Under the pieces are notes generated by a model. That model saw nothing but the letters and a program-made list of their open reading frames with translations, was not told the DNA's origin and did not search any database. 29,868 bases of DNA from an uncultured Pirellulales bacterium (GTDB lineage: Bacteria; Planctomycetota; Phycisphaerae; Sedimentisphaerales; Anaerobacaceae), in contig CAZUTR010000002.1 of the NCBI GenBank assembly GCA_964623545.1, positions 1 through 29,868 on the forward strand, written 5' to 3'. A program made the translations under genes and the position numbers. Positions 17,036 through 26,996 of this stretch are shown piece after piece. Numbering within the stretch: the first letter of the stretch is position 1; each line of letters starts with the position of its first letter.

Positions 17036-18416
17036 TAGTCTAACTTCCCAATGCCCGAGTCTGCAGTACGATTTGCGTGACCTGCTGCTCGATTTTTTCT
17101 CGCGCCTCGATAACACGTCCGTGACATATTGTGTTCTGCGCAACCATGAAGGTCTTCCCGAGCGCATGGGCAATGATATCGACCTGCTCGTACTGCCGCG
17201 AGACGCGCGTGCTTTGGAATCCTGCCTTCTGACCGCCGGCGAAGAAGCCGGTTGGCAGATTCTGAAAATCCCGAGGCGTTATGGTTATCGCTCGTATTGG
17301 TTTCGAACACCGGACGGACACTTCATGCATTTTGATGCCTGGTCTAAGCTTTTTTGGAAGGGGCTGCGTTGGGCCGATGAGGAGTTAATTTTGCATAGGC
17401 GCGTCCGCTGCAAACAGTTCTATGTTCTGGACCCCGCAGACGAGGCGGCGTCTCTACTTCTGAAGGACTTGCTCCCAAAAGCCGTAATCAAGGAGAAATA
17501 TCGAAATCAAATTGTTGACGTGGCAAAGCAGCGTCCTGAAGAATTCTGCAGATTCCTTGAATGTGCCGTGGGAAAAAGTCTTGCTGTGAAAATTTTAGAC
17601 TATGTCGTTGCCGGAAACTGGGATGCTGTACTGCGGCAAAGAAGCCGAATAATCGGTCATCTGTTTTTGGCAAGATTCTTATGCAATCCGTTCGAACCTT
17701 TTATTGGAATGGACAGATTTTTCTTTTCATATCTGAATGTAATGCTAACGGCTCACAATGGAGTATTCGTAGCTCTCATAGGACCAGACGGTTCGGGGAA
17801 ATCGACTATTGCCAATAAATTGACCCGATATCTATTGAAGTTGCTTCCGCAGCCCCGCTACTGTCATGGTCGCTTTGGTTTCCTTCCGGACCTGCGAGTT
17901 TTACTGAATATCGCGCGGCGATTGTGTAGACTTAGGCGTTTACCAACTGTGCCAAGCGGCGTACACGCCGTGCATGATGTAGCACCTCACGGAACTCTGC
18001 GGTGCGTTGTGCACGCACTCTATTACAGCCTTGATTTTGTTTTGGGATACTTCACCTTGGTGCGAATCAACGCCATCGGCGACTTAATGGTCTTCGACCG
18101 ATATTTTTATGACTGGTTTATTCAAAGCTACTATGGCCGTACACCTCGGTTGTTTCTCCCGGTGCTTAAGTTCATTCTGCCACGGCCAGACCTGGTTGTT
18201 TTTCTCAGTAATACACCCGAAGAGATACACCGGCGCAAACCGGAACTGACTGTGGAGCAGATTGAGGAACAGAGTAAAAAGTGCCGACGAATCATCCGGA
18301 ACATGCCATATGCAATGGTTGTCTCGACAAAACAATCCCCTGAGGAAGTTGTTTTTGAAATTGGCGATCGGGTCGTGGAAATCATGGCGAGGCACTGTCA
18401 GGAACAACAACGATGA
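17022..18416 (+). CDS. Fusion of an N-terminal nucleotidyltransferase-fold domain and a C-terminal thymidylate-kinase-like P-loop domain; function unknown
   Basis: YCVLRN...GNDIDLLV (17169-17186 for GNDIDL) with a third Asp in HFDAW. GPDGSGKST (17781-17807), FDRYFYD, PRPDLVVFL. GTG 17022 with GGAG at 17009-17012 preferred over TTG 16944. Confidence 0.75.
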   Translation: MLVNSSLTSQCPSLQYDLRDLLLDFFSRLDNTSVTYCVLRNHEGLPERMGNDIDLLVLPRDARALESCLLTAGEEAGWQILKIPRRYGYRSYWFRTPDGHFMHFDAWSKLFWKGLRWADEELILHRRVRCKQFYVLDPADEAASLLLKDLLPKAVIKEKYRNQIVDVAKQRPEEFCRFLECAVGKSLAVKILDYVVAGNWDAVLRQRSRIIGHLFLARFLCNPFEPFIGMDRFFFSYLNVMLTAHNGVFVALIGPDGSGKSTIANKLTRYLLKLLPQPRYCHGRFGFLPDLRVLLNIARRLCRLRRLPTVPSGVHAVHDVAPHGTLRCVVHALYYSLDFVLGYFTLVRINAIGDLMVFDRYFYDWFIQSYYGRTPRLFLPVLKFILPRPDLVVFLSNTPEEIHRRKPELTVEQIEEQSKKCRRIIRNMPYAMVVSTKQSPEEVVFEIGDRVVEIMARHCQEQQR

Positions 18417-19645
18417 AAATACTGAGTGTTTTCCCTGCTTATGAACCAGCCTGGGCATTTGGCGGTGTAGTGCGATGTATGAGCAATCTATGCCGGGCGA
18501 TGGCAGAGGCCGGTGTGGACGTATCCGTTTACACGACAAACGTTGATGGGCGAGGGGGACTGCTCGAAACGCCGCTGGAAAAACCGGTGAACCTTGGAGG
18601 AGTGAAAACGACTTATTTCCCATCGACCTTCGGCCGCAGGTCGGTTTGGGATTCCAGAGCGCTGACGCGAACGCTCAAACGTACGATTGAGGATTTCGAT
18701 ATTGTTTATGTATCTGCCATCTGGCAACAGATAGGAATAACAACTGGAAGGATAGCGAAAAAGCGAGACGTGCCGTACGTTGTTGGAGCCCACGGCTCGT
18801 TCGACTACGAGCTGCTGAAATTCAGCAGGTTGAAAAAATTACTATGGTGGCGTCTTTTTCTCAATAGCAATTTACGCTGTTGTAGCGGCTTGCACCTGAC
18901 ATCTGAATATGAGAGATGTCAAGCCGTGATATTGGGGACGGAGTTCCCACACTTTATCGTGCCCAATTGTATGCAGCCGGATGCTTTCGAGACGCCTGAA
19001 TCTCTCGGAAACTCCGTGCGGGAGGCGTTTCGGATTCCGCCAGATGCTTCTTTGCTGGTATCCATAGGACGGACTGATCCGAAAAAGCGACTCGACATAA
19101 TATTGGATGCTTTCGAAGCGATTCACCGTGTCTGTCCCGACTCGCGTTTGATGTTCGTCGGGGAATATGAAAACGATTATGGCTTGGAAATGAAAAGAAA
19201 ATCGGATGCCATGGAAGCATCAGAATTTATAATCTGGACGGGTTATCGAAGTGGAGACGGCCTGAAAGGTTGCTATGTGGCAGGTGATATTTTTATTTTA
19301 CCCAGCATGGATGAGAACTTCGGAATGGTTGTGACTGAAGCAATGGCGGCGGGAATGCCGGTCGTTGTTTCCGACCATGTTGGCGTGGCGGAAGATGTCG
19401 CGCGCACCGGTTCTGGGATTGTGACAAAAGTTAATCCCGACGACGTGGCGCGGGCGGTCCTTGAACTGCTAAGCAATCGCGAACGGATGCGCGCGATGGG
19501 CGAGCGAGCCCGTAAAACGGCAAAAGAACTTTACAGTGGTCCAAAAGTAGCCCAACAGATGATTGAAGCGTTTGAGGATGTTGTCTCAGGAAGACGAAGC
19601 GAGAAGTGTGCGGAGAGTGAAGAGAATAACCCGTGGAGATTGTGA
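18413..19645 (+). CDS. GT4 family glycosyltransferase
   Basis: PAYEPAWAFGGVV, SIGRTDPKKR, FILPSMDENFGMVVTEAMAAG (E-x7-E). ATGA overlap with the upstream gene. Confidence 0.92.
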   Translation: MKILSVFPAYEPAWAFGGVVRCMSNLCRAMAEAGVDVSVYTTNVDGRGGLLETPLEKPVNLGGVKTTYFPSTFGRRSVWDSRALTRTLKRTIEDFDIVYVSAIWQQIGITTGRIAKKRDVPYVVGAHGSFDYELLKFSRLKKLLWWRLFLNSNLRCCSGLHLTSEYERCQAVILGTEFPHFIVPNCMQPDAFETPESLGNSVREAFRIPPDASLLVSIGRTDPKKRLDIILDAFEAIHRVCPDSRLMFVGEYENDYGLEMKRKSDAMEASEFIIWTGYRSGDGLKGCYVAGDIFILPSMDENFGMVVTEAMAAGMPVVVSDHVGVAEDVARTGSGIVTKVNPDDVARAVLELLSNRERMRAMGERARKTAKELYSGPKVAQQMIEAFEDVVSGRRSEKCAESEENNPWRL

Positions 19646-19676
19646 GCGTTATGACAGCAAAGGAAACGAGAGGCTT

Positions 19677-20750
19677 ATGAACGACGATATTCCTGTCAAT
19701 ACTGATTGTCGATACTTTCGAGGCGACTTACCCTGCAAAGAACACAAACAGACAGGAGTACATTGTAACGATTGTCAAAAGTACTCTCCGACAAAGGAAA
19801 GAATTCTTATCATCAAACTCGGCGCGATGGGAGACGTGGTCCGAACCACACCGCTTTTACGCAGACTGAAAAAAGAACGACCCGAAGCCGAAATCACCTG
19901 GCTTACTTATTCGCCCGAGGTCGTGCCTGGCATCGTCGACAGAATACTCTTGCTGGAATGCAAAGCGATTCCCTGGCTATTGGCCAATCACTACGATCTT
20001 CTTTTAAATCTCGATAAAGATGCAGAGGCCATCGCGTTGGCCAAACTTGTCAAGGCTGATGTTAAAAAAGGTTTTGCCCTCGAAAACGGAAAATGCGTAC
20101 CGAGCGATGAATCTGCTCGACACAAATGGATGACGGGCCTTTTCGACGATTTCAATCAGGCCAACAATAAAAGTTACACTGAAGAAATATTTGAGATTTG
20201 CGGTTACGAGTTTGATGGCGAAGAGTATATTTTGGACATCGAACCATTTGGGAAGGAAATACACGCGCAACGCCCACTAATCGGTCTCAACACCGGTTGC
20301 GGTAATCGCTGGAACACCCGGCTGTGGAGCATCGAGAACTGGATCGAGTTGGCGCGAAATCTCGAAAAGCGAGAGTTGGGAATTGTTTTGCTTGGTGGAC
20401 CTGATGAGGACGAACAAAACAAGCGAATCGCTCGCGAGGCGGGAGTTCTGTACATGGGGCTGTTTCATATCCGAGAGTTTTGCTCTCTGGTAGCTGAAAT
20501 GGACCTTGTTGTAACGCTCGTGACTTCGGCTCTCCATTTTGCTATAGGAGCAAAGAAAAAAGTTGTGTTATTAAACAACATATTCAACAAACACGAGTTC
20601 GAATTGTATGGCCGTGGAGAAATACTCCAACCGCCTCTTGAGTGTCTTGGATGTTTCAAGACCGAATTCGACGACAAATGCTCGGCTCACAATTGCATGG
20701 ATCTCATCACTCCCGCTCAAGTAACTAAGGTAGTTTTAAGGCACCTATGA
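19677..20750 (+). CDS. GT9 (heptosyltransferase-like) glycosyltransferase with N-terminal Cys/His cluster
   Basis: ILIIKLGAMGDVVRTTPLL, IGLNTGCG, IVLLGGPDE, LVVTLVTSALHFA, CLGC...CM. GAGAGG before ATG 19677. Confidence 0.88.
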   Translation: MNDDIPVNTDCRYFRGDLPCKEHKQTGVHCNDCQKYSPTKERILIIKLGAMGDVVRTTPLLRRLKKERPEAEITWLTYSPEVVPGIVDRILLLECKAIPWLLANHYDLLLNLDKDAEAIALAKLVKADVKKGFALENGKCVPSDESARHKWMTGLFDDFNQANNKSYTEEIFEICGYEFDGEEYILDIEPFGKEIHAQRPLIGLNTGCGNRWNTRLWSIENWIELARNLEKRELGIVLLGGPDEDEQNKRIAREAGVLYMGLFHIREFCSLVAEMDLVVTLVTSALHFAIGAKKKVVLLNNIFNKHEFELYGRGEILQPPLECLGCFKTEFDDKCSAHNCMDLITPAQVTKVVLRHL

Positions 20751-21916
20751 AAAAAACAGCCTATATTATCAGTGTCAAATGCGCATTCGGTTCCCACAAG
20801 GAATTTGTCCTGTTTGGCAAACAGATGAAAAAGCGTGGACTTGCGGTTCGATACATCCTTTCACGTAATTACGCCTGGATGCACACCGAGCCAATCGAGG
20901 AAGTTCACTTTCTTACCAATTCGACCAATATGATTTCAATCGCTATCGACACGGTGCTCTTTTTTCTCTATGGCTGGATTCGCCTGGCCCTTATATTTCG
21001 AAAGGAGCCGCCTGATTTTCTCTGTTTTTACAACGCCCACCCGCTAAACTTTGCAATTGCAGGATTGGCTAAAAAATTCGCTCCTGACGGTATTCGGGCC
21101 GTTTATCTTCATGAGCCTGCCAGGCCGGAAAAGGCTGCCTACGCATGGAAAGGGAGATTGTATTTCAATATAGTCGAGTTTTGCCAGAGACTTGTCCTTG
21201 AATCTACCACCGATGTAATTTTAGGTTCGCCGGTAGCGATGGAATTGTTTGAACAACATTTCCCGGATTATCCGGGACAAAAGCATTATGCGCCTCTTTT
21301 GATTACTGATTGTCCTTCTAAAGTGCGGAAGCGACGGTATTTTTCAATGGTTGGCCGGTTCAATTTCGCCAAGAAACCGGATATTTTCATTGAAGCAATC
21401 AACTACGCGGCACAAAGAGGCGAAGATATCGAATTTCAAATAGTGACTTCATGCAATATTGAACGTTTCTTAGCGCTGCTTACGCCTGATGGAAAATCAA
21501 GGTTGCGTTTAGTAATAAAGAAAAACCTTTCCGACAAAGACATTTCACAGGCGGTTGCTGGAAGTTTTGCTGTACTCTCTCTCCAACCGATAGTAACGCA
21601 AAGCGGTATACTGCCCGTTGCTTTTATGAATTCGACACCTCTTATCGTTCGTCCCATTCGGGGCTTTACGCAGTTTGTTGAGCACACATTCAACGGGTGG
21701 GTACTTCCAAAGGACTTTTCTATCCAGGATATTGTAGAAGCCATGAAGTTGGTAAGGGATAACTTTGATAGCCTCTCAGCCAATGCCAGACATACTTTTC
21801 TCGACCTGTTTGCAGAAGAAAACTGGAACAAATATTATGATCGGTTGCTCAATCCGTTGAACGGCGTTCAGACGACCAAACTCGCAGCGACTGTTTGTGC
21901 ATATCCGGATAAGTAG
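20747..21916 (+). CDS. Divergent GT4-like (GT-B) glycosyltransferase
   Basis: FSMVGRFNFAKKPDIFIEA, TQSGILPVAFMNSTPLI, NGWVLP, ANARHTF...W..Y C-terminus. Lacks E-x7-E. Confidence 0.72.
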   Translation: MKKTAYIISVKCAFGSHKEFVLFGKQMKKRGLAVRYILSRNYAWMHTEPIEEVHFLTNSTNMISIAIDTVLFFLYGWIRLALIFRKEPPDFLCFYNAHPLNFAIAGLAKKFAPDGIRAVYLHEPARPEKAAYAWKGRLYFNIVEFCQRLVLESTTDVILGSPVAMELFEQHFPDYPGQKHYAPLLITDCPSKVRKRRYFSMVGRFNFAKKPDIFIEAINYAAQRGEDIEFQIVTSCNIERFLALLTPDGKSRLRLVIKKNLSDKDISQAVAGSFAVLSLQPIVTQSGILPVAFMNSTPLIVRPIRGFTQFVEHTFNGWVLPKDFSIQDIVEAMKLVRDNFDSLSANARHTFLDLFAEENWNKYYDRLLNPLNGVQTTKLAATVCAYPDK

Positions 21917-21924
21917 GAATTTTC

Positions 21925-22920
21925 ATGGCGTATAGAGTATTGGTTACAGGTGGTTCCGGATTTATAGGAACTAACTTGGTCGACTCTCTCTTGGCCGAGG
22001 GCTTTGATGCCCTGAGCATCGACATTAAAAGACCGATGAATGAAGAACATAACCACGTATTTAGGAAAGTGGATATTCTGGATTATCCAACCCTCGTCGG
22101 AGCTTTTAATGATTTCGCTCCTGTGTACATAGTTCATTTGGCCGCTCGAACTGATTTGCATGAGGACAAAAGCCTTGACGGCTATGCAGCAAATACGATT
22201 GGTGTAGAAAATATGGTTAATGCAATTGCCAACCAGACCTCGGTCAAAAGGGCCATCTTCACATCAACCAAGCTGGTTTGTCCGACGGGCTATAGCCAAA
22301 AATCATATGAAGATTATTGCCCGGATACCATGTATGGAAAAAGTAAAGTCGAGGGCGAAAAGATTGTACGGAGCTCCTCAGAGCTGAAATGCTGGTGGTG
22401 TATTGTTCGTCCAACCTCAATATGGGGCCCTTGGTCATATTCGCCACACATCCCCTATGGTAGGTTCTTTAAGATGATAGCGCGTGGTCATTACTTTCAC
22501 CCTGGTCTCGCAAGTCCGCTGAAAAGCTTCGGTTACGTTGGCAACGTCATATTTCAGATTAATAAACTCTTTGACGCCCCTCCCGAACAAATACACAGGA
22601 AGATCTTTTACTTAACGGATTATGACGTTTTTACAATAAAGGAGTGGGCGGACATGATATCTCTGAAGCTTCGAAATAGGAAAGCTCGGACGATTCCGGA
22701 ATGGATGGTTCGTCTTCTTGCCTTGGCTGGAGATTTGATGAAGTTCTGCGGGATAAGAGAGCCACCTTTTTCGTCGTTTCGGTTGAAGAATATGCGAGCG
22801 GACACTACAGGCATTCCATTCGAATCCATGAGGAAAATCACAGGACCTTTGCCTTATTCACTGGAGCAAGGGGTCGAAGAAACAATTTCATGGTTCCAAA
22901 AACATAATCTAATCAGATAA
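21925..22920 (+). CDS. NAD-dependent epimerase (extended SDR), resembling the Gnu / Und-PP-GlcNAc 4-epimerase type
   Basis: VTGGSGFIG, YGKSK, RPTSIWG, KSFGYVGNV, PYSLEQG. Confidence 0.85.
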   Translation: MAYRVLVTGGSGFIGTNLVDSLLAEGFDALSIDIKRPMNEEHNHVFRKVDILDYPTLVGAFNDFAPVYIVHLAARTDLHEDKSLDGYAANTIGVENMVNAIANQTSVKRAIFTSTKLVCPTGYSQKSYEDYCPDTMYGKSKVEGEKIVRSSSELKCWWCIVRPTSIWGPWSYSPHIPYGRFFKMIARGHYFHPGLASPLKSFGYVGNVIFQINKLFDAPPEQIHRKIFYLTDYDVFTIKEWADMISLKLRNRKARTIPEWMVRLLALAGDLMKFCGIREPPFSSFRLKNMRADTTGIPFESMRKITGPLPYSLEQGVEETISWFQKHNLIR

Positions 22921-22992
22921 GTGTATATGAAATGAAACTGGGGTATGACAGCTATTTACATCCCTACGGTGGTCAGAAGTAGTAGCCAAAAA

Positions 22993-23760
22993 ATGAAGGT
23001 CTCAATCATTACCGTTTGTTTGAATAGTGCTGAAACTATTGAAGATACTATAAGAAGCATCCTGAGCCAGGACTATAAGGACATTGAATATATTATTGTC
23101 GATGGCGGTTCTACTGATGGTACGCTTGATATTTTGAAGGAGTATAGTGATAGAATTCGAAAATTCATTTCTGAGCCTGATCATGGTGTGTACGATGCTA
23201 TGAATAAAGGGATTAGATTATCCAGCGGTGACATTATAGCCACACTGAATTGCGACGACATGTATGCGGACAGCACGAGCGTCTCTGATATGGTGAAGTT
23301 TATTGTGGCCAACGACCTGGACGGTGCTTATGCGGATCTAGTTTATATTGATAGAGAAAAGCCTGAGAAGGTTACTCGTTTTTGGAATACTGGTGAGTAC
23401 AAAAGTGGTGCCTTTTGTTACGGCTGGACCATACCTCACCCGACATTTTTCTGTCGAAAAGAAATTTTTGAAAGGTATGGATATTTCAATGATAATTTTC
23501 AAATTGCTGCAGATTTTGAGCTAATGCTTCGTTTCGTTGAAAAACATCAAATTACTATCGGTTATCTGCCGAAGGTAATTGTAAAAATGCGCACGGGAGG
23601 TAAAGCAAATGTTTTGCGAGGCATCATTCGTGGTAACTGGGAAATCATAAGGTCTTTTCGACTAAACAATCTTCGTTTACTCCCATGGTTCTTCGTAGTC
23701 AAACCAATAACGAAAATATCTCAGCTCTTTAGAAGACCGAGCCTGCAAAAGCGGCTTTGA
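22993..23760 (+). CDS. GT2 glycosyltransferase, WcaE/WfgS-like (candidate fucosyltransferase)
   Basis: MKVSIITVCLNS, IVDGGSTDGT, GVYDAMNKG, LNCDD, HPTFF, ADFELMLR. Immediately upstream of gmd-fcl. ATG 22993 preferred over 22945. Confidence 0.9.
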   Translation: MKVSIITVCLNSAETIEDTIRSILSQDYKDIEYIIVDGGSTDGTLDILKEYSDRIRKFISEPDHGVYDAMNKGIRLSSGDIIATLNCDDMYADSTSVSDMVKFIVANDLDGAYADLVYIDREKPEKVTRFWNTGEYKSGAFCYGWTIPHPTFFCRKEIFERYGYFNDNFQIAADFELMLRFVEKHQITIGYLPKVIVKMRTGGKANVLRGIIRGNWEIIRSFRLNNLRLLPWFFVVKPITKISQLFRRPSLQKRL

Positions 23761-23845
23761 ATCCCTTTGAAACTCAAGCAGTTGGGGTCTGAAACGGCCA
23801 AAAATCGTCTAACAATAATGACATATAGTTTTCGAGGAACAAAAA

Positions 23846-25824
<1,979 letters not shown>

Positions 25825-25920
25825 AACACTTGTTGTTCTTGCAATGACTGAATTAATCGAGTATTCTGATTAAAAACAAAAATTATTGCAAAAGAACGGC
25901 AGGCAAAAAGGAGCGAAATA

Positions 25921-26889
25921 GTGAAAAGAGTTTTAGTAACAGGAGGGGCAGGGTTTATTGGTTCTCATTTGAGTGAAACATTATTGAAGCAGGGTGATGA
26001 AATTTTTATTGTTGATAATCTTTCCACCGGAAGCATCGAAAATATCCGCCATCTCGAGGGTAATAAGAATTTACATGTAACCGTTGCTGATATTAATAAT
26101 AAAGCTGTTTTGGAGCCAATAGTAGCCCAGTGTGAGCATATTTATCATTTGGCGGCGGCGGTAGGAGTTAAGCGAATCATACAGGAGCCGGTGGAAACCA
26201 TCGAAACCAACATTCTTGGAGCTCATACGGTTTTCAGTCTTGCTGCAAAATATAACAGGAGAACTCTTATATCTTCGAGTTCGGAAGTGTACGGCAAGGG
26301 AGATAAAGTTCCTTTTTGCGAAGAGGACGACTCGATTTTCGGGCCGACGGTGAAAAGCAGATGGAGTTATGCCTGCTCTAAAGCAATTGATGAGTTTTTG
26401 GCACTGGCGTATTTTAAAGAAAAGAAACTGCCTGTAATCATTGCCCGCTTATTTAATGTCATTGGCCCACGCCAAACGGGGGCTTATGGGATGGTGGTGC
26501 CGACCTTTATTGACCAGGCACTAAAAGGTGAGCCGATTACAGTTTACGGCGATGGAAATCAAACGAGGTCCTTTGCCTACGTAAGCGATGTTGTGGGAGC
26601 GATGATTAAGTTAATGCAACATCGCGACAGCGCCGGTAGGGTATTCAATATTGGAAATGATAAAGAGATTAGTATTGGCCAATTAGCACAAAAGGTGAAA
26701 GAAAAGACCGGAAGCCAATCTGAGATTGTATATATTCCATACGACCAGGCCTACGAAGTAGGATTCGAGGATATGTCTCGTCGTGTTCCCGATATCAGAA
26801 GAATTAGGAAGTTGATAGGTTTTGAACCGACTGTTGATTTGGATACCGCACTGGAAACGATTATTGAATCCCGTAGTGTAAAACGGTGA
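25921..26889 (+). CDS. NAD-dependent epimerase/dehydratase, ArnA-decarboxylase / UDP-glucuronate decarboxylase-like SDR
   Basis: VTGGAGFIGSHL, HLAAAVGV, SSSEVYGK, RWSYACSK, RLFNVIGPRQ, GNQTRSF. AAGGAG before the GTG. Confidence 0.85.
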   Translation: MKRVLVTGGAGFIGSHLSETLLKQGDEIFIVDNLSTGSIENIRHLEGNKNLHVTVADINNKAVLEPIVAQCEHIYHLAAAVGVKRIIQEPVETIETNILGAHTVFSLAAKYNRRTLISSSSEVYGKGDKVPFCEEDDSIFGPTVKSRWSYACSKAIDEFLALAYFKEKKLPVIIARLFNVIGPRQTGAYGMVVPTFIDQALKGEPITVYGDGNQTRSFAYVSDVVGAMIKLMQHRDSAGRVFNIGNDKEISIGQLAQKVKEKTGSQSEIVYIPYDQAYEVGFEDMSRRVPDIRRIRKLIGFEPTVDLDTALETIIESRSVKR

Positions 26890-26996
26890 AATTCTTTCCT
26901 TCCAATCATTTTGTTTTACCACCTTTTGTAAAAACACGAAAGAATCATATCGATTGCTAAAATTGGCGCCATTTTTAAGTTCTTCGAAAAAAACTT

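Noticed and set aside
19563-19676. Upstream start for GT9
   Set aside because: Overlaps the GT4 gene by 83 nt; ATG 19677 has an RBS and begins the Cys-rich domain.
25832-25896. Imperfect inverted repeat (GTTCTTGCAAT...ATTGCAAAAGAAC) after fcl
   Set aside because: Bulged short stem with a long loop and no U-tract; not a convincing terminator.
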